A stretch of DNA of 64,000 nt from positions 2,421-66,420 of the forward strand of contig CAZHJU010000014.1 in assembly GCA_964533495.1 (NCBI GenBank), read 5' to 3'. The translations under genes were made by a program, and so were the position numbers. Below, one piece after another: positions 1-10,146 of the stretch. Position 1 is the first letter of the stretch. The number at the start of each line of letters is the position of its first letter. A model generated the notes under the pieces. The model searched no databases, had not been told where the DNA came from, and saw only the letters and a program-made list of their open reading frames with translations. This DNA is from an uncultured Bordetella sp. GTDB taxonomy: Bacteria > Pseudomonadota > Gammaproteobacteria > Burkholderiales > SG8-41.

Positions 1-1075
1 CCGCCCTGCCCAGCAGCGCCTCGAATGCCGCCTTGCCGTGTTTGCGGACATAGGTATCGGGATCCTCGCCATCGGGCAGAAACAGGAAACGCAGCTGCTT
101 GCCGTCCGCCAGTTGCGCCAGGCTGTTTTCCAGCGCCCGCCAGGCCGCACGCCGGCCCGCGGCATCGCCATCGAAACAAAATACCACTTCGTCGGACTGG
201 CGCAGCAGTTTCTGCACATGCACCGGCGTCGTCGCCGTGCCCAGCGCCGCCACCGCGTATTCGACGCCGGCCTGGGCCAGCGCCACCACATCCATGTAAC
301 CCTCGACCACGATCACGCAGCCGGCGTCACGGATCGCGCGCCGCGCCTGGAACAGCCCGTACAGCTCCCGCCCCTTCTCGAACACCGGGGTTTCCGGGGA
401 ATTCAGGTACTTGGGTTCGCCCTCGCCAAGCACCCGCCCGCCAAAGCCGATGATGTTGCCTTTGACATCGACGATCGGGAACATGATGCGGTCGCGGAAC
501 ATGTCGTAACGCCGCCCCTCCTCGTTCTGCTTGACCAGTCCGGCGGTATTCAATGCCTTGTCGGCGTAATCGGGAAACACCTGCTCAAGGTTCTGCCAGC
601 CGTCGGGCGCGTATCCGATGCCGAAGCGTTTCGCGATCTCACCCGAAAGCCCGCGCTTTTTCAGGTAATCGATGGCGCGCGGCGCGTCCTTCAGCTGGCC
701 CCGATAGTACTGCGCGGCCTGCAGCAGCACGCCGTACAGATCCTGCCCCTCCCCGGCACGGTGCTGCGCCTGTCCGGAACGCGCCTCCTCCGGCACCTGC
801 ATGCCGACACTCTGCGCGAGATCCTTCACCGCGTCGACAAAGCCCAGTCCCCCGTACTCCATCATGAATCCGATGGCGGTGCCGTGGGCGCCACAGCCGA
901 AGCAGTGATAGAACTGCTTCGTCGGGCTGACCGTGAACGACGGGGATTTTTCGGTATGGAAAGGGCAGCAGGCCGCGTAATTCGAGCCGGTGCGCTTGAG
1001 TTTCACGTACCGGTCGATGACCTCGACGATATCGACGCGGCCGAGCAGATCCTGGATGAACGACTGCGGAATCAT
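1..1075 (-). CDS. dnaG: DNA primase (5' part; runs off the left edge of the window)
   Basis: Translated by hand from the ATG at 1075: MIPQSFIQDLLGRVDIVEVIDRYVKLKRTGSNYAACCPFHTEKSPSFTVSPTKQFYHCFGCGAHG, the CHC2 zinc finger of DnaG. Lies downstream of rpsU-yqeY. Missing from the ORF track because no stop falls inside the window. Confidence 0.97.
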   Translation of the reverse strand, partial: MIPQSFIQDLLGRVDIVEVIDRYVKLKRTGSNYAACCPFHTEKSPSFTVSPTKQFYHCFGCGAHGTAIGFMMEYGGLGFVDAVKDLAQSVGMQVPEEARSGQAQHRAGEGQDLYGVLLQAAQYYRGQLKDAPRAIDYLKKRGLSGEIAKRFGIGYAPDGWQNLEQVFPDYADKALNTAGLVKQNEEGRRYDMFRDRIMFPIVDVKGNIIGFGGRVLGEGEPKYLNSPETPVFEKGRELYGLFQARRAIRDAGCVIVVEGYMDVVALAQAGVEYAVAALGTATTPVHVQKLLRQSDEVVFCFDGDAAGRRAAWRALENSLAQLADGKQLRFLFLPDGEDPDTYVRKHGKAAFEALLGRA

Positions 1076-1185
1076 GCGCGCTACAGAGGGCTCCGTTCCG
1101 GAATCCGCAGCCTGCCACAGACCGCGGTGATCACGGCATTATAGGGTAGCGTGGAAAACCCGCCTTGCCGTAAAAATCATCAATA

Positions 1186-1198
1186 AAACAATAACTTA
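1186..1198 (+). promoter_or_regulatory. IHF-consensus-like site AAACAATAACTTA with upstream A-tract, overlapping the yqeY stop
   Basis: One mismatch to WATCAANNNNTTR, inside an AT-rich islet (1171-1205). Confidence 0.6.
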
Positions 1199-1645
1199 TG
1201 ATTTTACGAGATGCGCCTTGACTGCGGCGGACACCTTACCCATGTCGGCGCGCCCGGCCAGCTTCGGCTTCAGCAGGGCCATCACCTTGCCCATGCCGGC
1301 CGGCCCCGTGGCGCCGGACTCGGCAACCGCCGCCGCAACCGCGGCGGCAATCTCGTCATCCCCCAAGGCCTGCGGCATGTAGGCCTGCAACAGCTCGAGT
1401 TCCTGCTTTTCCCTGTCGGCGAGATCCTGGCGCCCGCCCTGCTCGAACTGGGTGATCGAGTCGCGGCGCTGCTTGATCATTTTTTCGATCACGCCCAGCA
1501 CGTCGGCGTCGGTCAGCGTCTTGCGTTCATCGACCTCGCACTGCTTCAGCGCCGCCGTCAGCAGGCGGATGGTGTCGCGGCGCGCGGCATCGCCGCTGCG
1601 CATCGCGGCCTTGAGGTCATCATTGATCTGATCGCGCAATCCCAT
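1196..1645 (-). CDS. yqeY: GatB/YqeY domain protein
   Basis: LRDQINDDLKAAMRSGD...IEKMIKQRRDSITQF...GRADMG pattern; canonical position between rpsU and dnaG. Confidence 0.92.
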   Translation of the reverse strand: MGLRDQINDDLKAAMRSGDAARRDTIRLLTAALKQCEVDERKTLTDADVLGVIEKMIKQRRDSITQFEQGGRQDLADREKQELELLQAYMPQALGDDEIAAAVAAAVAESGATGPAGMGKVMALLKPKLAGRADMGKVSAAVKAHLVKS

Positions 1646-1666
1646 GGTGTGCTCTCCAGAAACGAC

Positions 1667-1699
1667 AAAAGGGTGCGAGGACTGGCCTCTGCACCCTTT
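1667..1699 (-). terminator. Intrinsic terminator-like hairpin after rpsU
   Basis: Minus strand reads AAAGGGTGCAGAGG-CCAGT-CCTCGCACCCTTTT; parallels the known internal terminator of the rpsU-dnaG operon. Confidence 0.65.
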
Positions 1700-1718
1700 G
1701 GCGGAACGGACCGGAAAC

Positions 1719-1931
1719 TCAGTACAGTTTCGGCGGTAACAGCTGCGAACGCAGGCGCTTGTGCGTGCGCTTCACGGCGGCGGCCAGCTTGCGCTTGCGC
1801 TCGGCGGTGGGCTTCTCGTAGAACTCGCGGGCGCGCAGCTCTGTCAGCAGGCCCGTCTTTTCGACGGTGCGCTTGAAACGGCGCAGGGCCACTTCAAACG
1901 GCTCGTTTTCCTTGACGCGTACGGTGGTCAT
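1719..1931 (-). CDS. rpsU: 30S ribosomal protein S21
   Basis: [18 protein letters not shown]...[14 protein letters not shown], 70 aa. Confidence 0.99.
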   Translation of the reverse strand: MTTVRVKENEPFEVALRRFKRTVEKTGLLTELRAREFYEKPTAERKRKLAAAVKRTHKRLRSQLLPPKLY

Positions 1932-2061
1932 GAAACCTCGGGGCTGAATTCGGAAAAACGCGTATTATAACCACATCCCCGCAATAATCACAGGGGCGGG
2001 CTCAGAAACGGATTTTACGGAAACCTTCCGGACCGTTCCGGCATTGCCTGCCCGGATCCCC

Positions 2062-3078
2062 GTGCTCGTACTCGGCATCGAAACCTCCTGCGACGAAACC
2101 GGCATCGCGCTGTATGACACTAGCCGCGGCCTGCTTGCCCACGCCCTGCATTCCCAGGTTGCGCTGCATGCCGACTATGGCGGGGTGGTTCCGGAACTGG
2201 CCTCCCGCGACCATATCCGGCGGGTGCTGCCGCTGACCCGGACGGTGCTGCGCGACGCGGGCGCCAGGCTGGCCGACCTGGACGCCGTCGCCTACACCGC
2301 AGGCCCGGGGCTGGCCGGCGCGCTGCTGGTCGGCGCCGGCATCGGCGCGAGTCTCGCCCACGCCCTGGGTATTCCGGCCCTGCCCATACACCACCTCGAA
2401 GGCCATCTGCTGTCTCCCCTGCTCGCCGAACCGGCGCCGCAGTTCCCGTTCATCGCCCTGCTGGTCTCCGGCGGCCATACCCAGCTGATGCAGGTCAAAG
2501 GAGTGGGTGACTACTCACTTTTGGGCGAAACGCTGGATGACGCGGCCGGGGAAGCCTTCGACAAATCCGCGAAGCTGCTCGGACTGGGTTATCCCGGCGG
2601 GCCGGCCGTGGCAGCGCTCGCGGCTTCCGGCCGGGCCGGGCGGTTCACGCTGCCGCGGCCGATGCTGCGCGGCGACAACCTCGATTTCAGCTTCAGCGGC
2701 CTGAAGACCGCGGTGCTGACCGCCGTCCGCGACCTGCCGCCCGACGGCCAGGCCCGGGCGGATCTTGCCGCCGAGCTGCAGGCGGCCATCGTCGATGTGC
2801 TGGTCGGAAAATCGATGGCGGCGGTCGAGCAGACCGGCGTCCCGCGGCTGGTGGTGGCCGGCGGCGTCGGCGCCAACCGCCGGCTGCGCGAACGGCTGAC
2901 CGCGGCGGCCCGGCGCCTGGGTTGCGCGGTGTTTTACCCGCCGTTCGAATTCTGCACCGACAACGGCGCCATGATCGCCTTTGCCGGCGCCCTGCGCCTG
3001 CAGCAAGACCAGCGCCCGGCGGCAGCCGGTTTCACCGTGCGCCCGCGCTGGGACCTCGCCAGCCTGTCAAAAGCCTAG
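2062..3078 (+). CDS. tsaD: tRNA t6A37 threonylcarbamoyltransferase
   Basis: [29 protein letters not shown] and TDNGAMIA motifs; GTG at 2062 chosen as start; divergent from rpsU. Confidence 0.98.
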   Translation: MLVLGIETSCDETGIALYDTSRGLLAHALHSQVALHADYGGVVPELASRDHIRRVLPLTRTVLRDAGARLADLDAVAYTAGPGLAGALLVGAGIGASLAHALGIPALPIHHLEGHLLSPLLAEPAPQFPFIALLVSGGHTQLMQVKGVGDYSLLGETLDDAAGEAFDKSAKLLGLGYPGGPAVAALAASGRAGRFTLPRPMLRGDNLDFSFSGLKTAVLTAVRDLPPDGQARADLAAELQAAIVDVLVGKSMAAVEQTGVPRLVVAGGVGANRRLRERLTAAARRLGCAVFYPPFEFCTDNGAMIAFAGALRLQQDQRPAAAGFTVRPRWDLASLSKA

Positions 3079-3680
3079 TTTTCCGCCTTCGCGCCCAGCC
3101 GGCTTTCCCTGCCGGCGATCAGGTTGCGGATGTTCGAACGGTGGCGCCAGACCAGCAGCGCCGCAATCACCGTGACTGCCGCAAAAAACGGATGCGCCGC
3201 ATTGAACAGGATCAGCGCGAAAAACACCGCGAACAGCGCCGACACCAGCGCCGCCAGCGACGAGTAACGGAAGAACACCACGATGGTGATCCAGGTCGCC
3301 AGCGTACCCAGCGCCAGTATCCAGTTCAGTGCCAGCAGCACCCCGAGCGCGGTGGCCACGCCCTTGCCGCCGCGGAAGGCATGAAACACCGGAAACATGT
3401 GGCCGCCAATCACCGCCACCGCCGCCACGGCCATCGCCATCGGCGCGGCATCGGGCATGCACGATCCTGCGACGTAAACCGCGAGCCAGCCCTTGGCGCT
3501 GTCCCCCAGCAGCGTCAGCGCGGCGGCCGACTTGCGCCCGCTGCGCAGCACGTTGGTCGCGCCGGGATTGCCGGACCCGTATTCGCGCGGATCCGGCAGG
3601 CGGAAGGCCTTGCTGACGATCACCGCAAAAGAGACCGAGCCGGTCAGATAGGCCGCAACGGCGACGATTAGTAGTGCCAA
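3075..3680 (-). CDS. plsY: Glycerol-3-phosphate acyltransferase
   Basis: [33 protein letters not shown] and HRSNIRNL motifs. Confidence 0.97.
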   Translation of the reverse strand: MALLIVAVAAYLTGSVSFAVIVSKAFRLPDPREYGSGNPGATNVLRSGRKSAAALTLLGDSAKGWLAVYVAGSCMPDAAPMAMAVAAVAVIGGHMFPVFHAFRGGKGVATALGVLLALNWILALGTLATWITIVVFFRYSSLAALVSALFAVFFALILFNAAHPFFAAVTVIAALLVWRHRSNIRNLIAGRESRLGAKAEN

Positions 3681-3739
3681 GTGATTTCCCCTAGAATGGC
3701 GCCGGACATTTTAGCCCAACGCGGTCCGCCGCCCGGCAC

Positions 3740-4096
3740 ATGGACACCATATTCATCAGCGAACTGCGCATCGACACCCGCATCGGCATCTACGCGCAGG
3801 AAAGGCAGGTGCCGCAGACCATCCAGCTCGACCTCGAGATCGGACTGCGGGGCGAGCATGCCGCGCACAGCGACCGCATCGAGGACACCATCGACTATGC
3901 CGAGGTCGTCGCCCGCATCCGGCGGCTGTTCGCAAACAGGCACTTTGACCTGCTCGAGCATGCCGCGGAATCGATCGCACAGCTGGTGACCGGGGACTTC
4001 AAGGCGCCGTGGCTGCGCGTCACCATCGCCAAGCTGTCGCCGCTGGCCGGCGTGAAGAGGCTCGGCGTCACCATCGAGCGCGGCAAAAAAGCCTGA
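3740..4096 (+). CDS. folB: Dihydroneopterin aldolase
   Basis: IGIYAQER..Q...DLE, TIDYAEV and LLEHAAE motifs; divergent from plsY as in other proteobacteria. Confidence 0.95.
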   Translation: MDTIFISELRIDTRIGIYAQERQVPQTIQLDLEIGLRGEHAAHSDRIEDTIDYAEVVARIRRLFANRHFDLLEHAAESIAQLVTGDFKAPWLRVTIAKLSPLAGVKRLGVTIERGKKA

Positions 4097-4109
4097 GCGC
4101 CGCGCGGCC

Positions 4110-5006
4110 TCAGCCCCGCGGATGATGTTTCGCATGCAGCTGCTTCATGCGCTCCCGCGCGACATGGGTGTAGATCTGCGTGGTCGAAATGTCGGAATGC
4201 CCGAGCAACAGCTGCACCACGCGCAGGTCGGCGCCGTGGTTCAGCAGATGGGTGGCGAAGGCATGGCGCAGCGTGTGCGGTGAAACCGGCTTGCCGATTC
4301 CCGCCTGCGCGGCGTAGCGCCGCAGCAGGTGCCAGAAAGCCTGGCGCGTCATCGCGTCCGCCCGGCCGGTGACGAACAGGGCATCGCTGGTCCGTCCGCC
4401 CAGCAGCAGCGGCCGCGCTTCGCGCAGGTAGCGCTCCAGCCAGGACAGCGCCTCCTCGCCCAGCGGCACCAGCCGCTCCTTGGAACCCTTGCCCAGCACC
4501 CGCACCACGCCCATGTCGCGGCTGACCTGCGGCACCTTCAGCGTCACCAGTTCGGACACACGCAGGCCGCTGGCGTAGAGCACTTCCAGCATCGCCCGAT
4601 CGCGCAGGCCCAGCGGCCGGTCCAGGTCAGGCGCCGACAGCAGGCTCTCGACGTCCGCCTCGGTCAGCGTTTTCGGCAGCGGCCGCGGCAGTTTCGGGGT
4701 GTCGATGCGCAGCGTCGGATCGGCCTTGACCGTGTTCTGGCGGACTGCGTTGCGGTAGAACCGCTTCAGCGCCGACAGCAGCCGCGCGGCGGTGGAAGCC
4801 CGCGCCCTGGTGCGGAAACGGTGCGCGAGATAGCCCTGTATTGCCGCCTGGTCCGCCGCCAGCAGATCCAGGCCCTGCGGCTCCAGCCAGCCGGCGAACT
4901 GCTTCAGGTCGCGGCGATAGCTGTCCAGCGTGTTGCGGGCGAGGCCGTCCTCCAGCCACAGCGCATCGCAGAACTCGTCAATCAGCCGCAGCGAGGAAGC
5001 CTTCAT
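4110..5006 (-). CDS. xerD: Site-specific tyrosine recombinase XerD
   Basis: LEDGLARNTLDSYRRDL, RDRAMLEVLYASGLRVSEL, GKGSKERLVP, SPHTLRHAFATHLLNHGADLR..LGHSDISTTQIYTHV, HHPRG C-terminus. Confidence 0.97.
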   Translation of the reverse strand: MKASSLRLIDEFCDALWLEDGLARNTLDSYRRDLKQFAGWLEPQGLDLLAADQAAIQGYLAHRFRTRARASTAARLLSALKRFYRNAVRQNTVKADPTLRIDTPKLPRPLPKTLTEADVESLLSAPDLDRPLGLRDRAMLEVLYASGLRVSELVTLKVPQVSRDMGVVRVLGKGSKERLVPLGEEALSWLERYLREARPLLLGGRTSDALFVTGRADAMTRQAFWHLLRRYAAQAGIGKPVSPHTLRHAFATHLLNHGADLRVVQLLLGHSDISTTQIYTHVARERMKQLHAKHHPRG

Positions 5007-5472
5007 GCCGCAGCAGCCAGCGTTTGACCGTCAGCGGGAAATCCTTCCGCCCGCCCATGAAACCGCCCAGCCCGCCTCCCGCGGCAAGCACGCGATGGCA
5101 GGGCACGACCAGCGGCACCGGGTTCGTGCCGCAGGCGCCGCCCACGGCCCGCGCGCTGCTTTGCAGGCACGCTGCGATTTTTCCATAAGTTATTGTTTTT
5201 AAAGGAAAAAGTTTTTCTATTTCGCGCCATACCCGTTGCTGGAACGCAGTGCCATGCAGGCGGTAGGGTAACGCGAAATGATGCTGCGGATCGGCCAGAT
5301 AACGTTCGATCTCGCGGCAGGCGCGCTCGGCCACGCGGTCGTGCGGAGCGCGCTGCGCGGTATGCCGCGGCAGGTAACGGATTTCCGTGACATGCCCGTC
5401 GTCGGTGGCGATCGCCAGCACGGCAAACGGTGTCAAGTAACGCGTCTCGACGCGCGCCCGACCCGCGGTCAT
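4978..5472 (-). CDS. ogt: Methylated-DNA-[protein]-cysteine S-methyltransferase
   Basis: C-terminal 164 aa of track ORF 4978..6033: GTAFQQRVW, TYGKIA, ARAVGGACGTNP, PCHRV active site. ATG at 5472 overlaps the TRAP permease stop. Confidence 0.9.
   Translation of the reverse strand: MTAGRARVETRYLTPFAVLAIATDDGHVTEIRYLPRHTAQRAPHDRVAERACREIERYLADPQHHFALPYRLHGTAFQQRVWREIEKLFPLKTITYGKIAACLQSSARAVGGACGTNPVPLVVPCHRVLAAGGGLGGFMGGRKDFPLTVKRWLLRHEGFLAAAD
5186..5198 (-). promoter_or_regulatory. IHF-consensus-like site embedded in the ogt coding sequence
   Basis: Minus strand AAAACAATAACTTATG (5184-5199) is identical over 16 nt to the site at 1185-1200. Confidence 0.6.
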
Positions 5473-7574
5473 GCCGGTGCGGCCGCCGTTCCCCGGCGCA
5501 GTTTCTGCATCACCACCACCAGCGCGACCAGCGAGGCGCCGATCAGGTCCGAAGTCGTGGTCGGATAGACCAGCGCAAGGCCGGCGACGATCAGCATCCA
5601 GCGTTCGACGACATTGGTCCTGCGCAGCAGCCAGCCCTGCAGTCCGCCGGCCAGCGCGAGTACGCCGATGACCGCGGTGACCGAGACGACCGCGATGGAC
5701 CCCCAGTCCGCCTGCGCCAGGTTCTTGAAGGAACCGCCGAGGAGCAGGCCCGCGCCGGACGGATCGAGCACGAACATGAACGGCACCAGGAAGGCCGGCG
5801 CGCAGTATTTCCAGGACAGCAGCGTCGTGCGGTACGGCCCGCCACCGGTGATCGCCGCCGCGGCGAATGGCGACAGCGCGGTGGGCGGCGACACTTCCGA
5901 CAGCACCGCATAGTAGAAAATGAACATGTGCGCGGCGAAGTCCGGCACGCCGAGCTTGATCATCGCCGGCGCCGCAACCACCGCGCAGATGATGTACGAA
6001 GCCGTCACCGGCACCGCCAGGCCGACGATCCACACGATCAATGCCGTGTAGAAGGCGGTCAGCAGCAGTTTCATGTCATGCAGCAGCTCCGGCGTATTCG
6101 CCGCGCCGAACACGGTCAACAGGGTCACCAGCCCCTGCGCGCCGGAATCGGCGTAATCCAGCACGATCGCGCTGAACTTCAGGCCGAGGCCGGTCAGCGT
6201 CACCACGCCGACGATGATGCCGGCGGATGCGCAGGTCATCGCGACGTTGAGCACGCCCACCGAACCCGCCTCCAGCGCCTTCACGAAGCCCGATTCCCAG
6301 AACCCCCTGATCCAGGCCATGCGGCCGCGGAACCAGTCATAGGGAATCAGGGCCGAATCGCTGCGGAAGAACGAAAACAGCGCGGTGACGACCGTGGCGT
6401 AGAACACCGACAGCACCGGCGAATAGCCCATCAGCAGGAACACGACGATCGACACCAGCGAAACGAAGTGGTACCAGTATTTTTTCGCCAGTTCGAGCGG
6501 GCGGTGATGCTTCTCGAGGGCCACCGCGCGCATGTTGAACTTGCGCGCGTCGATTTCGACCATGATGAAAATCCCGAGATAGAACAGCAGGGTCGGGATC
6601 GTCGCCATCAGGATCACGTCGAGGTACGAAATCTTCAGGAACTCCGCGATCAGGAATGCCGCGGCGCCGAGGACCGGCGGCGAGATGATCGCGCCCAGCC
6701 CGCCGGCCGCCAGCAATCCGCCGGCCGCCTCCTTGCCGTAACCTGCCTTGGCCAGCAACGGATAGGCCACCGCGCCGATGGTCACCGTGGTGGCGACGCC
6801 GGAACCCGAGGGACCGCCGAGCAGGAACGAGGACATCACCACCGCGCGTCCCGCGCTGGAGGGCTTGCCGCCCATCGCCGCGAACGAGAAATCGAGGAAA
6901 AACTTGCCGGCGCCCGAAAACTGCAGGAAGGCGCCGAAAATGGTGAACAGGATGATCAGCGTCGAGGACACGTCGACCGCGACGCCGAATATGCCCTCCA
7001 GCGTCATGTACAGCGCGCCGGTAAGCCGCGCGATGTCATAGCCCTTGTGCGTCCAGGGCTGGGGCAGATAGGGGCCGAACAGCGCGTAGGCCAGGAACAG
7101 CAGCACGATGAACGGCAGTATCCAGGTCGAGCTGCGGCGGTTGGCCTCGAGAATCAGCACGATCAGCGCCACGCCCAAGATCTGGTCCATCAGCAGCGGC
7201 GTCACCGCGCGATCGCCGAACTCGTCGCCCCAGTACAGCATGTAGGCCACCACGGCGATCGAGGCGATCGCAAAAATGACATCCCACCACATCAGCCGGT
7301 GGCGGAAACGTCTGGCGATCGGGAACAGCAGGAACGTCAGCGCCAGCGCGAAAGCGACGTGGACCGGACGCAGTATGTAGGCCGGCACGATCTCCACAGC
7401 AGCATAGAGATGGAACAGCGACATGATCACGGCCGCCGCGGTGAGCATCACCGCCAGCGCGCCGCGATAGCGGTTGTGCGCCCCCTCTTCCTCTTCGATC
7501 AGTTCCTCGACGCGTTTGAGCGCCTCTTCACTGATCCCGCCGGCATCCGCCGCCCCGGTGCTGTGATCGGCCAT
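5469..7574 (-). CDS. TRAP transporter fused permease (4TM/12TM, DctQM)
   Basis: About 700 aa polytopic protein with GSGVATTVTIG, GAIISPPVLGAAAFLIAE and LSEVSPPTALSPFAAAAI motifs; follows a TAXI receptor. Confidence 0.93.
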   Translation of the reverse strand: MADHSTGAADAGGISEEALKRVEELIEEEEGAHNRYRGALAVMLTAAAVIMSLFHLYAAVEIVPAYILRPVHVAFALALTFLLFPIARRFRHRLMWWDVIFAIASIAVVAYMLYWGDEFGDRAVTPLLMDQILGVALIVLILEANRRSSTWILPFIVLLFLAYALFGPYLPQPWTHKGYDIARLTGALYMTLEGIFGVAVDVSSTLIILFTIFGAFLQFSGAGKFFLDFSFAAMGGKPSSAGRAVVMSSFLLGGPSGSGVATTVTIGAVAYPLLAKAGYGKEAAGGLLAAGGLGAIISPPVLGAAAFLIAEFLKISYLDVILMATIPTLLFYLGIFIMVEIDARKFNMRAVALEKHHRPLELAKKYWYHFVSLVSIVVFLLMGYSPVLSVFYATVVTALFSFFRSDSALIPYDWFRGRMAWIRGFWESGFVKALEAGSVGVLNVAMTCASAGIIVGVVTLTGLGLKFSAIVLDYADSGAQGLVTLLTVFGAANTPELLHDMKLLLTAFYTALIVWIVGLAVPVTASYIICAVVAAPAMIKLGVPDFAAHMFIFYYAVLSEVSPPTALSPFAAAAITGGGPYRTTLLSWKYCAPAFLVPFMFVLDPSGAGLLLGGSFKNLAQADWGSIAVVSVTAVIGVLALAGGLQGWLLRRTNVVERWMLIVAGLALVYPTTTSDLIGASLVALVVVMQKLRRGTAAAPA

Positions 7575-7650
7575 CGTGAAGCCCCCTCCGGTGTTTTTTG
7601 TGCCGAAATCATAACATGTGAACTCCGGCTCGCCGCCCGCCGCAGGCCGC

Positions 7651-7685
7651 AAAAAACAAAACCCCGCCGGCAAGCGGCGGGGTTT
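7651..7685 (-). terminator. Intrinsic terminator/attenuator between the TAXI receptor and the permease
   Basis: Minus strand AAACCCCGCCG-CTTGC-CGGCGGGGTTTTGTTTTTT. Confidence 0.75.
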
Positions 7686-7709
7686 CGGGGTGATCCGGCT
7701 TCCCTGCCC

Positions 7710-8675
7710 TTACTGCAGCTTGACGCCTTTTTCCTTGAAGTATTTCAGCGCGCCGGGATGGAAAGGCACGGGGGTCGCGGCGGTCTTCTGGTTTTCGAAC
7801 TTGAGGTTGGCCGCCTCCTTGTGCACGGCGACGAGTTCGGGCTGCTTCTCGAACAGCGTCTTGACGATGTTGTAGGCGGTTTCGTCGCTCATGTTGGCAT
7901 GCGTCACCAGGATGTTCATCACCGTCGCCTGCTTGTTGTCGGCGGCCATACCGCTGTAAGTGGCGCGCGGAATGACGTCCTCGACATACAGGTTGCCGTA
8001 CTTCTTGTTCATCGGGCCCACGGTTTCCGCATGGTCGATCATCTTGATCTTCACGCCGGGAGTCGCCGCCAGATCGGTCACCGCCGCGGTCGGCAGGCCG
8101 CCGACCCAGAAGAAGGCATCGATCTTCTTGTCCTTCAGCGCATTCACCGATTCGGCGACGCCGAGGCGCTCGCGCCGCATGTCCTTGTCGCGGTCGAGGC
8201 CGGCCGCCTGGATCACGCGGAAGGCCATCACCTCCGTCGCGCTGCCCGGCGAGCCGGTGGACACGCGCTTGCCCTTGAGATCCTTCATCGCATTGACGCC
8301 GGTGCCCTCGATGCTGACCACGTGCATGCGGTTCGGATAGAGGATCGCCAGCGTGCGCAGCTCGACCTTCTTGTCCTTGAACTTGTCGACGCCCTTGTAG
8401 GCATCCAGCGCCGCGTCGGTCATCGACAGCCCGATATAGGGCTTGCCGGTGCCGATCAGTTGCAGGTTGGCCACCGAACCGCCGGTGACTTCGGCGGTCG
8501 CCGCCATGCCGGGCACGTATTTCGACAGCACATTGGCCATGCCGCCGCCGAGCGGGTAATACACGCCGCCGGTGCCGCCGGTGCCGATCGAGAGATTCAC
8601 CTTCTCCTGGGCCGCTGCCGGCATGGCGACGAGCGCGCACGCGGCGAGCGTCAGGGCTTTCAGCAATTGACGCAT
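7710..8675 (-). CDS. TAXI-family TRAP solute-binding protein
   Basis: Signal peptide, then IGTGGTGGVYYPLGG, TGGSVANL and PFHPGALKYF. Confidence 0.95.
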   Translation of the reverse strand: MRQLLKALTLAACALVAMPAAAQEKVNLSIGTGGTGGVYYPLGGGMANVLSKYVPGMAATAEVTGGSVANLQLIGTGKPYIGLSMTDAALDAYKGVDKFKDKKVELRTLAILYPNRMHVVSIEGTGVNAMKDLKGKRVSTGSPGSATEVMAFRVIQAAGLDRDKDMRRERLGVAESVNALKDKKIDAFFWVGGLPTAAVTDLAATPGVKIKMIDHAETVGPMNKKYGNLYVEDVIPRATYSGMAADNKQATVMNILVTHANMSDETAYNIVKTLFEKQPELVAVHKEAANLKFENQKTAATPVPFHPGALKYFKEKGVKLQ

Positions 8676-8768
8676 GATGTCCTCCTAAGGGTTGTTATCA
8701 AGACTGTGGGCTGAAGAGTGTAGGAACATTCACCGGGGTTGGTCAACCGGGGTCCGCCCCCGGTCCCC

Positions 8769-9188
8769 TTACTTCGCGAACAGCTGCGACATGTCCCGGA
8801 AAGCCTTGAATTCCAGCGCATTGCCGCAGGGGTCGAGGAAAAACATCGTCGCCTGCTCGCCCACCTGCCCCTTGAACCGGATATGCGGCTCGATGACGAA
8901 TTTCGTGCCCGCCCGGGCCAGCCTGTCGGCCAGGGCCTGCCATTCCGTCATGGGCAGGACCGCCCCGAAATGACGCACCGGCACATTGTCGCCGTCGACG
9001 GCGCTGGTGCTGCGGTGCCCGACTTCGCCGGGTGCGAGATGGGCGACAATCTGGTGCCCGTAAAAATCGAAATCGACCCAGTCCCCGGACGACCGTCCCT
9101 CCGGGCAGCCGAGCAGGCCGCCGTAGAACGCGCGGGCCTTGGCAAGATCATCGACGGGGAAGGCAAGATGGAAAGGCGGCTGGTGCAT
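8769..9188 (-). CDS. VOC/glyoxalase family protein
   Basis: [38 protein letters not shown]; [18 protein letters not shown]. Confidence 0.88.
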   Translation of the reverse strand: MHQPPFHLAFPVDDLAKARAFYGGLLGCPEGRSSGDWVDFDFYGHQIVAHLAPGEVGHRSTSAVDGDNVPVRHFGAVLPMTEWQALADRLARAGTKFVIEPHIRFKGQVGEQATMFFLDPCGNALEFKAFRDMSQLFAK

Positions 9189-9259
9189 GATCGGAAAATC
9201 CGTAAACGTGAAAGCGCGTATTCTACGTTCTTCCCGAAAAAAACAGTCCTCCCGAACAC

Positions 9260-10096
9260 ATGGCTCCGAACCACTGCCCGACACTCGCCGCCCACGGCTG
9301 CAGCATGCCGCAGATGGGCTTTGGCACTTCGCAGCTCGGCGACTGCGGCGACCTTGTCGCCACCGCCCTCCGGCTGGGCTACCGCCACATCGACACCGCC
9401 TGGAAATACGGCTCGGAAAAAGGCGTGGGCGCCGGCATCCGCGCCTCCGGCGTGCCGCGCAGCGAAATCTTCCTCGTCACCAAGGTCTCCCATGAATACC
9501 TGCGGGCCGCCGACTTCGCGCGTTCCGTCGACGACAGCCTGAAAAACCTGCAGGTCGACCATGTCGATCTGCTGCACGTGCACTGGCCCAGCACCGACGG
9601 CGTGCCACTGGCGGAAACCATGACCGCGCTGGCCCGCGCGAAACGCGAAGGACTGACCCGCCACATCGGCGTCGCCAACTTCAACATCGCGCTGCTGGAG
9701 GAAGCCCGCAGAGCCTGCCCGGAACCGCTGGCCGTCCTGCAGGCCGAGTACCACCCCTATCTCGACCAGCGCAGGATCCTCGACTACTGCCTGCAACACG
9801 GCATGATCTTCACCGCCTACTGCCCGCTGGCCCGCGGCCGACTGTTCGGGGATCCCGTCCTGGTGGACATTGCAAAGGAGAAAAGCAGAACCATCGCCCA
9901 GGTCGTGTTGCGCTGGCTCGTCCAACAGGGCAACATTGCACCCATCCCGCGCTCTTCGAATCCGGAACGCATCGCGCAAAACCTCGACGTGTTCGATTTC
10001 ACGCTCACCGCCGACGAGATGAAACGCATCCATGCGCTGGCACGGCCCGACGGCCGCATTGCCAATCCGGCGGGCCGTGCGCCGGCGTGGGATTGA
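9260..10096 (+). CDS. Aldo/keto reductase (DkgB-like)
   Basis: [51 protein letters not shown]. Confidence 0.93.
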   Translation: MAPNHCPTLAAHGCSMPQMGFGTSQLGDCGDLVATALRLGYRHIDTAWKYGSEKGVGAGIRASGVPRSEIFLVTKVSHEYLRAADFARSVDDSLKNLQVDHVDLLHVHWPSTDGVPLAETMTALARAKREGLTRHIGVANFNIALLEEARRACPEPLAVLQAEYHPYLDQRRILDYCLQHGMIFTAYCPLARGRLFGDPVLVDIAKEKSRTIAQVVLRWLVQQGNIAPIPRSSNPERIAQNLDVFDFTLTADEMKRIHALARPDGRIANPAGRAPAWD

Positions 10097-10146
10097 ACCC
10101 GGCAGCACCGCAGCACACTCAAGCAGTCAAAATACGGAGGAAGTTC

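Noticed and set aside
4110-5006. Tyrosine recombinase as a prophage or island integrase
   Set aside because: Signature residues and the ogt-xerD-folB context identify housekeeping XerD; no att sites or phage genes.
5175-5225. AT-rich islets as dif/Xer recombination sites
   Set aside because: No XerC arm / 6-bp spacer / TTATGTTAAA XerD arm arrangement; they fit the IHF consensus better.
5430-8714. 1094-aa plus-strand ORF
   Set aside because: Antisense shadow of the TRAP permease and TAXI genes; no motifs; typical artefact of high GC3.
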